A DNA stretch of 64,000 nt. Source: Macrostomum lignano. Lineage: Eukaryota. Position numbers and translations under genes: made by a program. The number at the start of each line of letters is the position of its first letter. Position 1 is the first letter of the stretch. Under the pieces are notes generated by a model. The model had not been told where the DNA came from. It did not search any database and worked only from the letters and a program-made list of their open reading frames with translations. The stretch is taken from NCBI GenBank assembly GCA_002269645.1, contig NIVC01002047.1, positions 53,941 through 117,940 on the forward strand. The letters run 5' to 3'. Shown piece by piece: positions 47,213 to 59,512 of the stretch.

Positions 47213-47486
47213 TTATGAGTCGGAATAATGGTCAGAATATTCCGAGTCGGAAAAAGTTTAAAATGTCATTTTATAGCCTATTCATATCATACCAAAACAG
47301 AAAATATATTAAGCTCATACTCATTTATATTCTATGCTATTTAACTATTAGTATTCAAATTTGTTTTTATAATTGTAACCATACATGCACAACCCCCTGA
47401 TTTACACTGGCCATGCGACTTACTTTTTGACCAAAAATGCAACTTACCTGTGAAAAAAAACCTAGAGCAACATTAACGCAATTTTG

Positions 47487-47549
47487 GGTAAACGGCAGGA
47501 GTAACTATGACTCTCTTATAAGGGCTAAATGCCTCGTCATCTAATTAGT
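47487..47549 (+). rRNA. Orphan 63-bp fragment of 28S (LSU) rDNA spanning the R2/I-PpoI target site; not a functional rRNA gene
   Basis: GGGTAAACGGCAGGAGTAACTATGACTCTCTTATAAGGGCTAAATGCCTCGTCATCTAATTAGT versus the conserved GGGTAAACGGCGGGAGTAACTATGACTCTCTTAAGGTAGCCAAATGCCTCGTCATCTAATTAGT (recalled). Flanks are non-rDNA. Confidence 0.88.
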
Positions 47550-48599
47550 ACTACGTCTGTATTCTTTGGGGTGGGTATTTTTGCGTCTTACCCCTGGTCC
47601 ACCACAATTTACGGTGGCCAGATCGGCCAGGTCGGCCAGCAGTTGCGCATGTATGATTGTAACTCATATTGATTTTTAATGACTGGCAAATTAAAGTCCC
47701 ATAATGTCCACTTTTTTGCTTTTGCAGAATAGTAGGCCTGCTATTTTCTATTCTATTTGTAATTATAACCTTAGTAGCCTAGTACAAATCAAATGTTCCA
47801 TCAATATAGCAAACTTGCATTCTATCATAATAGAATGCCGTTCGCAAAGGTTTATATTTGATTTAAAGTTAAAGATATTCAAAGGTTTTGGTCATAGAAC
47901 CTAATAACTCAAGCAAAGAATCACATTTAGAAGAACAAGTTTGGCCTTGGGGGTTAGAGATAAAGTGTTTCAAGTTCTGTTGGCCCGGCCGGCCGGCCCC
48001 GCCCGCACGATCGAATCAAAGTGAATCTTGGTTAGCATTTAAATTACGAAATGTTCAGATTTTTAACAAAACTTATTCTGACTAACTTTAAAAGAACATT
48101 AAGAAATACTTTTTTTCTTAAAATTATGCCTGACAATTATGCATGTCAAAAAATTTAGGAGGTACATTAACAATTTAATTGTTTTCAATATAGTTTAATT
48201 CAAAACAAAATCGGTTAATTTTTTCAAGGTCTGACATGCAGACAATTGCCAGGTGGCTCTTAAGTCCTGCTTTTTTTATTGATTCTACGCCCTAATTTTA
48301 TTAGTCCATGATCGAGTACATAATCCGTCAACAAGAGTGACTTCTGCGTTTCTGCAATGGGGAGCAGACATCGGAAGTTAGCATGCAATGTACCTCTGAA
48401 TTTTAAAGTACGTGATTTTATAATTAAATAAATTTTAATTTTATGCAAAATTTAAATGAATAATATACCTTGGTGTAGCCAAAGCGGTCATCCTCCCTGT
48501 AGCAGCATGCATTTTTACTCTAGAAATCTAGGATAAGGACGCGTACCTGACGTACGTCGTCGGCTGGGCGTCGGTGTATAAAAGTACATATCTGTCATC

Positions 48600-48700
48600 G
48601 ACGTCGACAGACGTCGTGGGAATTGTCGCCGACGTCGGATTTATGTTCGGGTGATATTTTTTGGCTAGAGATAGATTATAGCTGCGTTTCAGGGCGGATG
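48600..48700 (-). pseudogene. J-domain (DnaJ)-like fragment
   Basis: KKASALKRSYNLSLAKKYHPNINP resembles J-domain helix II-HPD loop, but has HPN. A donor CAG|GTAAG at ~48772 lies upstream. No complete gene model found. Confidence 0.4.
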
Positions 48701-49119
48701 CTTTTTTGCTTTTAAGATCGATCATTCCTTAAAAGATTAACAAAAGTAACTAAAACAGCTGTCAAAGCTTACCTGTAAGCAGCTCTTATTCAAAATTTTA
48801 TTACTTCCTTTGCTGCCTCCAACAGGGCGCAGATTTGCAGTATTTACTGATTTTGAAGTCGCAAGTACTGTGTTTTACTGTTTGCATGGTCCCAAAATTT
48901 TCTGGATCGATCTGTAGTGCCTGAATGTATCACTGTAGTCAAAACTATCCATAATTTTTATATACATATAAACCAAAACTAAAACCTGCACTAGCGTCGA
49001 GCTGGCATCAATACAGTGAGACACAGTGCTTATACATGTATGATTAGAGCCGTGCAAAATTATCATTCACTTATCACTCGCTCTCTTCACACATAGTGAA
49101 TGTGCTAAATTAAGTATAA

Positions 49120-49735
49120 TGCTGACGCCAGCTCCTGGTGACGCGCAGCAGCAGCAGCGCCTGCATCAAACTGCGCTCTCTTCGGTCGGCTCAGTCGTAA
49201 GCCTCGCCTGCTGACTGTGGCTGCAAAAGTCTGCATCAAAGTGATCGAGACAGGGCAAGCGGAGTGTTTGCCGCCGCGGATGGAGAGGCGCCGCGTGAAC
49301 GCAATCGCAGAGGCCTGCTGCGTCGACTCACCCTGCGCCGTCAGCCCACCCTGCCCACTAAGGATCTGGATCTGCCGGGTGGCGCTGAAGAACAATAGGT
49401 CCAATTTCAGCGGACCCCAGCTGTATCAAAATGCACGCTTAGACTGTCAACCTTCAACTGCCGCACTCTGAAGGCTACCTGGCGAAGAGGATTAGTTGCC
49501 CAACAATCCCAAGGACTGCGATTAGACATCTTGATGTTGCAAGAGCTTTCTATCGTCAGTGGACCCGACTTGCAAGTCGAAGACCTTGGTGGCGGCTGGA
49601 CCCCTGTTTTACACCTTCGCGGACAAGAAAGGACGTGGCAGGGTCGATCGGTGGCAATTGTCAACCCTCGGCTGCGACAAAGCGTACGCTGTCTCCCCCT
49701 GAGTGATCGACTGATGTGGGTAAAAATAAGGGATT
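49120..49735 (+). mobile_element. 5' fragment of an RTE-like LINE (AP endonuclease domain), decayed and truncated
   Basis: From 49441: RLSTFNCRTLKATWRRGLVAQQSQGLRLDILMLQELS...LGGGWT / LFYTFADKKGRGRV / VAIVNPRLRQSVRCLPLSDRLMWV. APE motifs TFNCRTL and DILxLQE are present, with two compensating frameshifts. Confidence 0.8.
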
Positions 49736-49789
49736 TCCCTGGGAAATCCAAAGAACGCGAAAGACCACTTCTATAGTGTGACAATATAG

Positions 49790-50208
49790 AGAGATTCTAT
49801 TATAAAAATGTGCACATGAAACAGTACATATGTGTTTATACATGTATTTTCAATAATTGAGACCATTCATGTGCTCTTGAAGTGCAATAGCAGCCTATAC
49901 TTGTACACAAATATCATGAACTTTGGTATAAAATTCACTTTGCATAATCAAATATCACAAGCAAATAAAATATTGGAAAGAATCTCTACCGAAAACAAAA
50001 ACTCGGATGTATATTTAGCATAATCGGCAGAGAGCATCTCTGACATGTATTTGGATGTTTCACAACGTACATGCCTATCATTGGCATTCAGCAGTGAGTC
50101 TTGAAGTGATTTAGTGTTAAAAAGTTTGACACAGGCAAGAATAATAAAAATATTTTCGATTAACGAACAACGACAAATCTCGGTTTCTTCAGAGCTTTTA
50201 CAATACAT
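49790..50208 (-). mobile_element. Possible hAT transposase remnant
   Basis: SEFLFSVEILSNILFACDI / IMQSE...VHDICVQV*AAIALQE resembles the central helical region of hAT transposases (F.F.L....IL.....S..LQ); broken by stops. Inference. Confidence 0.45.
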
Positions 50209-50734
50209 GTAAATAATAATTTTTTTATTTGAAGAAGAAAGGCAAATTGTGGTTTTATGATAATAGCATGTTTGATTCGATCGCTACCTATACTTGTAAA
50301 CATGCTATAGTTCATTATACCCCTTGTTAAAAATGGCGATTTTTTTTAAAATGCCTGAAGCTAGGTAATTATTTTTAATAGAAATGGCTGTGAGCAACGT
50401 AAACGTATCGATAAATAATATTTTTCTAGTGCGGATCGTAAAGTCCACCGCCGTTGTACCCAACGTCGATTTATAGACGTCTATATAGCGAATGGATTGT
50501 ACTTTTATATTGTAAACTACCCTGAAGAATTTCGACGTAAAAAACTGTGAATTTTTGCTGAATATATAACAATTATTACTATTCGATTCTAGGCAGAAAA
50601 GCGCAGGATCATGTCGGAAGTGTCTGCCAGACGTTGATTCATTAATGCTTGGGCCAAGGTTACTACTTACTATACGAGTTTTCTTCATATGTTGCCAACT
50701 CCAGTAGACTCTTCAGTATATCAGACCCTTCAGA

Positions 50735-53700
50735 TCACTCCAATCTAACCACCGACCCCGTCGAGGTGCTGTAGAAAGCCGACGTCAGTCTTGGAGTGCC
50801 CATAAATTTTTCTCGCAACTGAAGTCGAATCCGCGCCAAGCACTGTCCGATGCCACTGTCTGGCCGCCTATGGCCATAGACAAGCACAAATATGATCAGG
50901 CCCACTAGCATAGCGATGAACAGGGCCAGAAAGAAGCCCAGGACTCCGCGCGTGACGGCGTCCGCTATCGAGGAGGGCCCGTCCAGTTCGCACTTTTTAT
51001 CCGACTGCAGTGCGAGCATGAGATGTACGTGTGTGACTGCATCTGTGTCTTTATCTTGCTGGCAAATAACTTATAAGCAACTTCGCTTGACTTTAGAAAA
51101 ACACTGTGCAATTCTAGAAACTGGCGACCTTCTAGTTATTACTAGCAATCAGGGCCTCCCGTTGGGGAGCCAAAAAATGCAGTACAAGATTTTTTAATAA
51201 ACTACATGTAGCGTCTCTATGCATTATACCTCAGCAGTCCCTTGTAAGCCTTGACATGTCAGCAATTCCCCCCACAAGCCTTAACATATAAACTCCCCCC
51301 CCCTGACATCTCAGCGATGCCCCCATAAGCCTTGAAATCTTAAAAAATCTGTCAACCTTCTAACCCTAACCCTAACCCCAACTCCCTAACCCCAACATTC
51401 TAGAGACACTGACACACATTCTAGAGACACTGACACACATTCTAGAGACACTGACACACATTCTAGAGACCCTGACACACATTCTAGAGACAGTGACACA
51501 CATTCTAGAGACACTGACACACATTCTAGAGACACTGACACACATTCTAGAGACACTGACACACATTCTAGAGACACTGACACACATTCTAAAAATACTG
51601 ACACATTCTAGAGACACTGACACACATTCTAGAGACCCTGACACACATTCTAGAGACACTGACACGCATTTCTAAAAATACTGACACACATTCTAGAGAC
51701 ACTGACACACATTCTAAAAATACTGACACACATTCTAGAGACACTGACACACATTCTAGAGACCCTGACACACATTCTAGAGACACTGACACACATTCTA
51801 GAGACACTGACACACATTCTAGGAGAGACCCTGACACACATTCTAGAGACACTGACACACATTCTAGAGACACTGACATACATTCTAAAAATGCTGACAC
51901 ATACTCTAGAGACACTGACACACATTCTAAAAATACTGACACACATTCTAGAGACACTGACACACATTCTAAAAATACTGACACACATTCTAGAGACACT
52001 GACACACATTCTAGAGTCACTGACACACATTCTAAAAATACTGACACACATTCTAGAGACACTAAAACACATTCTAGAGACACTGACACACATTCTAGAG
52101 TCACTGACACACATTCTAAAAATACTGACACACATTCTAGAGACACTAAAACACATTCTAGAGACACTGACACACATTCTAGAGACACTGACACACACTC
52201 TAGAGACACTGACACACATTCTAAAAATACTGACACACATTCTAGAGACACTAAAACACATTCTAGAGACACTGACACACATTCTAGAGACACTGACACA
52301 CATTCTAGAGACACTGACACACACTCTAGAGACACTGACACGCATTCTAGAGACACTGACACACATTCTAGAGACCCTGACACACATTCTAGAGACACTG
52401 ACACACATTCTAGAGACACTAACACACATTCTAGAGACCCTGACACACATTCTAGAGACACTGACACGCATTTCTAAAAATACTGACACACATTCTAGGA
52501 GAGACCCTGACACACATTCTAGAGACACTGACACACATTCTAGGAGAGACCCTGACACACATTCTAGAGACACTGACACACATTCTAGAGACACTGACAT
52601 ACATTCTAAAAATGCTGACACATACTCTAGAGACACTGACACACATTCTAAAAATACTGACACAGACTCTAGAGACACTGACACACATTCTAAAAATACT
52701 GACACACATTCTAGAGACACTGACACACATTCTAAAAATACTGACACACATTCTAGAGACACTGACACACATTCTAGAGTCACTGACACACATTCTAAAA
52801 ATACTGACACACATTCTAGAGACACTAAAACACACTCTAGAGACACTGACACACACTCTAGAGACACTGACACACATTCTAGAGACACTGACACGCATTC
52901 TAGAAACACTGACACACATTCGAGAGACACTGACACACATTCTATAGAGACACTGACACACATTCGAGAGACACTGACACAAATTCGAGAGACACTGACA
53001 CACATTCTATAGAGACACTGACACACATTCGAGAGACACTGACACAGTTTAGAGACACTGACACACATTCTATAGAGACACTGACACACATTCGAGAGAC
53101 ACTGACACAGTTTAGAGACACTGACACACATTCTAGAGACAGTGACACACATTCTAGAGACACCGACACACATTCTAAAAATACTGACACACATTCTAGA
53201 GACACTAAAACACATTCTAGAGACACTGACACACATTCTAGAGACACTGACACACATTCAAAAGACACTGACACACATTCTAGAGACACTGACATACATT
53301 CTAAAAATGCTGACACACACTCTAGAGACACTGACACACATTCTAGAGACACTGACACACACTCTAGAGACACTGACGCGCATTCTAGAGACACTGACAC
53401 ACATTCTAGAGACACTGACACACACTCTAGAGACACTGACACACACTCTAGAGACACTGACACACACTCTAGAGACACTGACACACACTCTAGAGACACT
53501 GACACACACTCTAGAGACACTGACACACACTCTAGAGACACTGACACACACTCTAGAGACACTGAGACACACTCTAGAGACACTGACACACACTAGAGAC
53601 ACTGACACACACTCTAGAGACACTGACACACACTCTAGAGACACTGACACACATTCTAGAGACACTGACACGCATTCTGGAGACCTTGGTCGCAGAAAAA

Positions 53701-56700
53701 ACGTCAAACTTCATCTTACCCGCCATTAAAACCGAATTCCTACACACGCACACACTTTGTACGCTACTTTTAGTAGAGCTAATTAAAATTGCGAGTTTTA
53801 ACTTCTAATTCAATTCGTGTTATTGTCTAGAAAAACGTTGTTATTGCCTCACCGGATAGTGGCAAGAGTAATCAAGCCACGACCGCAGTTGTCGCTGTGT
53901 CTCTGTGATGCAACTACCCCGTTGAAAGCACCAACTACATTTGAATGTTGGCGTCAGGCTGGCATTCATGCACGTATTGCAATACTTCTTCTCGCCGCAG
54001 GCTGAAGGTCAATTAAGAGTAAATTTGTTAATTTACTACCTATTCATTTTCCTAAGATTATTGAAAATAATATATTGGAAACTGTGATCCGATGGGGCCA
54101 AGATGACAAATTGAAGCGCCTATTCCAAGAAAGACAGATCGAATGGCGCCACAATGGGATGAGAACTGAGGCTCCGACTCCAAGAAAGACAGATTGAATG
54201 GCGCCACAATTGAATGAGAACTGAGGCGCCGACTCCAAGAAAGACAGATTGAATGGCGCCACAATGGAATGAGAACTGAGGCGCCGACTCCAAGAAAGAC
54301 AGATTGAATGGCGCCACAATTGAATGAGAACTGAGGCGCCGACTCCAAGAAAGACAGATTGAATGGCGCCACAATTGAATGAGAACTGAGGCGCCGATTC
54401 CAAGAAAGAAAGATCGAAAGGCGCCACAATGGAATGAGAACTGAGGCGCCAATTCCAAGAAAGACAGATCGAATGGCGCCACAATGGAATGAGAACTGAG
54501 GCGCCGACTCCAAGAAAGACAGATTGAATGGCGCCACAATTGAATGAGAACTGAGGCGCCGACTCCAAGAAAGACAGATTGAATGGCGCCACAATTGAAT
54601 GAGAACTGAGGCGCCGATTCCAAGAAAGACAGATCGAAAGGCGCCACAATGGAATGAGAACTGAGGCGCCAATTCCAAGAAAGACTGATCGAATGGCGCC
54701 ACAATGGAATGAGGAATGAGGCGCCGATTCCAGGAAAGACAGATTGAATGGCGAATCAATGGAATGAGGAATGAGGCACCGATTCAAGGAAAGACAGATC
54801 GAATGGCGCAGCAATTAAAAAAATGAGGCGCCGATTTCAAGAAAGACAGATCGAATGGCACCATAATGGAATGAGGAATGAGGCGTCGATTCCAGGAAAG
54901 ACAGGTCGAATGGCGCCACAATAGAATGAGGAATGAGGCGCCGATTCAAGGAAAGACAGATCGAATGGCGCCACAATGGAATGAGGAATGAGGCGCCGAT
55001 TCCAAAAAAAAATCAAATGGCGCAACGATTAAATAAATGTGGCGCCGATTCCAAGAAAGACAGATCGAATGACACCACAATGGAATGAGGAATGAGGCGC
55101 CGATTCCAAAAAATCAAATGGCGCAACGATTAAATAAATGTGGCGCCGATTTCAAGAAAGACAGATCGAATGACAACACAATGGAATGAGGAATGAGGTG
55201 GCGATGTTTTCGTTTCGCCTAAAACATAAGCTTAATTTATTCATTAGAAAAAATATAAAAATATTTTTCAGTGCTGCTGATACTCACTTGGCAGAGCAAC
55301 AACTTGAGCGATGCTGGCATTCACAATTTCTTCCAAAGAAATATTCTCGGCACGGTGCACAAATATGTCTAAAACTTTCTCGCCTGAAAATTTGAGTTTA
55401 CATTGCAAAATACATATCGTTGTTAAAGTCAATAATCACTGTTAAAGTTCCAGCCTTTGGCTCATTCTTCTCTACTACGAGGTCCTCCCCACATCCCATC
55501 CAGGTACAGGTATTTTAGGATCAACATCCCGTACTGGTATTTAGGGATCAACATCCCGTCCAGGTATTTAAGGATCAACATCCCGTCCAGGTATTTAAGG
55601 ATAAACATCCCGTCCAGGTAATTAAAGATCAATGTCCCGTACAGGTATTTAAGGATCAACATCCCTTCCAGGTATTTAGGGATCAACATCCCGTCCAGGT
55701 ATTTAGGGATCAACATCCCGTCCAGGTAATTAAAGATCAACGTCCCGTCCAGATATTTAAGGATCAACATCCCGTCCAGGTATTTAAGGATCAACACCCC
55801 GTCCAGGTATTTAGGGTCAACATCCCGTCCAGGTATTTAAGGATCAACATCCCTTCCAGGTATTTAGGGATCAACATCCCGTCCAGGTATTTAGGGATCA
55901 ACATCCCGTCCAGGTATTTAAGGATAAACATCCCGTCCAGGTAATTAAAGATCAACGTCCCGTACAGGTATTTAAGGATCAACATCCCTTCCAGGTATTT
56001 AGGGATCAACATCCCGTCCAGGTATTTAGGGATCAACATCCCGTCCAGGTAATTAAAGATCAACGTCCCGTCCAGATATTTAAGGATCAACATCCCGTCC
56101 AGGTATTTAAGGATCAACATCCCGTCCAGGTATTTAAGGATCAACATCCCGTCCAGGAATTTACGGATCAACATCCCGTCCAGATATTTAGGGATCAACA
56201 TCCCGTCCAGGTATTTAAGGATCAACATCCCTTCCATGTATTTAGGGATCAACATCCCGTCCAGATATTTAAGGATCAACATCCCGTCCAGGTATTTAAG
56301 GATCAACATCCCGTCCAGGTATTTCGGGATCAACATCCCGTCCAGATATTTAAGGATCAACATCCCGTCCAGGTATTTAAGGATCAACATCCCGTCCAGG
56401 TATTTCGGGATCAACATCCCGTCCAGATATTTAAGGATCAACATCCCGTCCAGGTATTTAAGGATCAACATCCCGTACAGGTATTTCGGGATCAACATCC
56501 CGTCCAGTTATTAAGGGATCAGGATCGGGAATAAGGATATAAATCTAAGAATCAACTGTCCAGTCTTTTTACTTACTTAACGCTTTTACATCCTCTTCAT
56601 AGTTGAAAACATCAGCAACTCCAGCCTTGGCTGTAGCCACAGCCTTTGACAATTTTGACGGAATCTGAAAAAATTAAATTCAGCAATTGAAAGATACATT

Positions 56701-59512
56701 GATTGTATAAAAATACATGCTTTTTTAGTTTACCAAAATGTCAAAAAAGCTGACTCACGTCGTAGTACTGGAAGAGCATTGTCCCGTTTTGAAAAATAAC
56801 GCCTTGAAAAGACAGACGGAGCTCTGAAAAAGTGACGAAACCAATACTGCGATGGGCATCCGGAATGTTTTATTACCCTGGCGCACTTTAAGCGACATTG
56901 TCACACAAAGAAGGAGGCGCTGCTGCCAATTCCGTCGACTCCCCTGAGCAGGCACACAAGCGCGCGGATACGTACGCAGTCATACGCACAGGCACACACT
57001 CACACAGGAGTGTACAGCGGCCCTAACTTTATTTATCGTTAGGCATGTACACTTCACTGTGCCTTTGGGGTTGGCCCTCAAGCTGGGCGTTAATTGCACG
57101 AGCAGAGCCAAGCCGAGATTCCAATTCAGCCCCGAATTAATGTGACTGCACTTGGAATCGAGCCTGGGTCGCTGGCACACCAGAGCGCCGCGCTGAACCA
57201 CTGGGCTACGGCGCTACGGCCTCAGGGTTGTCGGAAAGTTCCAACACTTCAAATGCAACATTGGTGTCATCTTACTAATAAATTCAAACTAGTATGGTCT
57301 GGTCATGCGGATGAATAACCGTCGCAATGGGTTTACAGTGAAAGTGACAGCGAATATATAAAAAAGCGATGTTTGTCCTTTTATCGTCAGCAACAGTCAA
57401 ACGTTCCACCTGAACAAATCACGCGTAGTTAGAGAGAAAGCTTCTCATTTAAAATCCTAAAACAGTGAGCATTATACTCGTAGTATACAGTAAAGTCTCT
57501 ACCGCCAGTCTATCATCATCTTACCAGTTCCGTTGCCAAGCATTAATGGCAGATTAGCCCATCGAACCCACACAGAGGTGTTAGTTGCCACGTAAGTCAA
57601 TGAAGCAACGGGTTTCGATTCTGCAGCGGTGTCATTGTCTAAGCCGCTTTGATTTGTCATTGAGCCAAAATTGGCCATAAACGGAGCGATGTACTGCGGA
57701 TACGGTCCGGGCTCGTGGCCGTCCTCCAAGATTGTCATGAAGCCTATAAAATTTACAGAAAACAGTCGTGTTCACACTTTCAAGTTTTTTGGATCCACTT
57801 GTCTAAAGTGTGCGAATCTCGCTCCAGGAACTCTCATGACACTCTTGAACTGATAAAACACTTCTGTCTCCCGAGTGTCTCTATGCTGACACACATCTGT
57901 CTCCCGAGTGTCTCTATGCTGACACACTTCTGTCTCCCGAGTGTCTCTATGCTGACACACATCTGTCTCATATCTGACACCCAACTGTCTCATACTACTA
58001 CTCAAGTGCAGTCTGCAATGACACTCCACTGTCTTTCTAGTTGAGTTATGGTGTGTTTAAACAATTATCAATGTTATTGCACGAGTCTCACTCGTGGCCA
58101 GAGATGAAACTTCTCTCTCACACTTCTAGACAACAATTCAGCTGTTTCTCAACCCTCCCACTCTTGAGCCAGCTTGTCATTGTCATCTCAATTCAAGCTG
58201 CACACGCGATTGCATATTTTTAGATCCGAAGACTATGACTAAGCCCATGCATCTTTTATCTTTCTCTCTTCATCGCTAAAAACTACTGTAAGAGCAATTT
58301 CTGAGTCCAAAAGAATCTTCACGTCTCTTTATTGCCGAGTCTCGCCATACGTGTACATTGCTGTACAGTTTCTGCCATCGTGCATTTCTATCCTCCTAAT
58401 ACAGCTTTCAGTGCAGCTTTTTAATCAAGCCGAACTATTTTCTATAAAGCAATGCTTCTTGCATCTTAAGTCTTAATTCTCTCTGTCTTCTCTGCTGTGC
58501 AAACTCAGATAGCTGAGCTCAGTGCTAGCCTGCTGTTGGATGAATAGAAACTCAAGTCAAAATGTACAAAAAACAACCCGCGCCAGCGGCATACACAGAA
58601 AATTGCACATACCATTCGTTGATATGGAAATACGGCTGACTCGATGACCATAGAAATAGAATGAAAACTTCAACTGAACTCTCTGCAATAATAAGAAAAA
58701 CGTTATGCAGTTCATGTATTGTAATTGTACGTTACAGCTAGTTTTCGGATGTACAAACACATACATGTAAAAAAGAAAGCAAATTGACATGCTCGATATG
58801 AAATTCATGTATGACGCATGTACACGCGCGCGCAATATTTAATCGAACACTTACCGTGGACACATTCCATGAGCTGATGTTTGTTTTCGACACGACATTT
58901 GGCAAAGCAAATGCAAGATCGAACTCCTTAATTAAATTGTTGTATCGATTTAAATCGTGATGAACAGTGATCTGGTAGTATTGCTCGTTGTCCTGGAATT
59001 AGGAATTTTCCGGAAGATTTATGTACATGTAATTAAATTGGCAGAGAGGTGCAGATAATGTACATCATGCTCAAATGTACACACCATGCAGTTTCATTTT
59101 TTGCATATTTATTTAAATGATCTACGTGTGTGCATGATACATGTATGGACTTTCATGTACAAGTAATAGTTGATAAACTTACATGCGTAGTCACTGGGAC
59201 TACTGATGTTTCCCTTTTGACTAATCTCACTAGATTTGCGGATGCCGAATAATGAGAAGAAGCCTCCGCTGGAAATCCAAATTATAATGCGTGAGACAAT
59301 ACAAAATATAGGCGCTTTTACATGTACGTACGATGCTTTGTCTGAACGAATATATGCGAAATTATAAAAATCAAGCAAACCTGCACATTTAGCATAAGCT
59401 GATAACCATGTACAGAATATGCAGTATGTACAAGTATAAACTTACCCGCAAAGCATTTTTCGGACTGTTGCAACAGAAAGCATGCTGTGATAGCTAGTAA
59501 AAATCGGTTCAT
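50735..59512 (-). CDS. Plexin domain-containing protein (PLXDC/TEM7-like) type I membrane protein, 10 exons, ~393 aa
   Basis: Exons with consistent phases: 59446-59512 (signal peptide MNRFLLAITACFLL), 59183-59268, 58855-58926, 58613-58682, 57525-57743, 56759-56823, 56577-56664, 55288-55383, 53853-54001, 50735-51004 (alternative in-frame acceptor at 51058). Motifs: RVQLKFSFYFYGH..SRISISTNGF, QYIAPFMANF, SFQGVIFQNGTMLF, KAGVADVF, PSI domain C...C..C......CSWC.....C, and TM GVLGFFLALFIAMLVGLIIFVLVY. Confidence 0.88.
51362..53680. repeat. 21-bp minisatellite CACACATTCTAGAGACACTGA (~108 units) starting from a short (CCCTAA)n tract
   Basis: Telomere-like tract at 51362-51392, then the array from ~51395 to 53680 filling the last PLXDC-like intron. 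Confidence 0.97.
54110..55200. repeat. Minisatellite, 55-bp unit GAATGGCGCCACAATGGAATGAGAACTGAGGCGCCGA(C/T)TCCAAGAAAGACAGAT(T/C)
   Basis: About 19 units with two GGCGCC per unit; diverges toward 55200. Confidence 0.95.
55492..56510. repeat. Minisatellite, 27-bp unit AGGTATTTAAGGATCAACATCCCGTCC
   Basis: About 37 units in PLXDC-like intron 7. Confidence 0.97.
56875..57212 (-). mobile_element. tRNA-headed SINE, copy 2
   Basis: Minus-strand head GCCGTAGCCCAGTGGTTCAGCGCGGCGCTCTGGTGTGCCAGCGACCCAGGCTCGATTCCAAGTG with A box TAGCCCAGTGG and B box GGCTCGATTCC. 3' end ...AAAGTGCGCCAGGGTAATAAAA. Matches 21070-21395. Confidence 0.82.
57860..57965. repeat. Short 33-bp tandem repeat (3 copies)
   Basis: CTGTCTCCCGAGTGTCTCTATGCTGACACAC(A/T)T x3. 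Confidence 0.85.

Noticed and set aside
48470-48500. GTAGCCAAAGCGGTCATC as a second 28S half-site
   Set aside because: Only about 9 contiguous matches, within chance expectation.
51372-53729. Long ORFs up to 535 aa (MCVSVSR / LETLTHI repeats)
   Set aside because: Translations of a 21-bp (in-frame multiple of 3) intronic minisatellite, open on both strands, with no unique coding sequence or splice support.
53720-53745. Candidate micro-exon (EFGFNGG) with GTAAG donor in the PLXDC-like gene
   Set aside because: It ends in phase 2, which is incompatible with both downstream acceptors; the model is in frame without it.
57140-57212. Functional tRNA gene
   Set aside because: No proper acceptor or anticodon stems, and it is attached to a 260-bp body shared with another copy, so it is interpreted as a SINE head.
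57300-57410. Acceptor-preceded open frame in PLXDC-like intron 5
   Set aside because: The required phase gives an early stop, and the true homologous exon is at 56759-56823.
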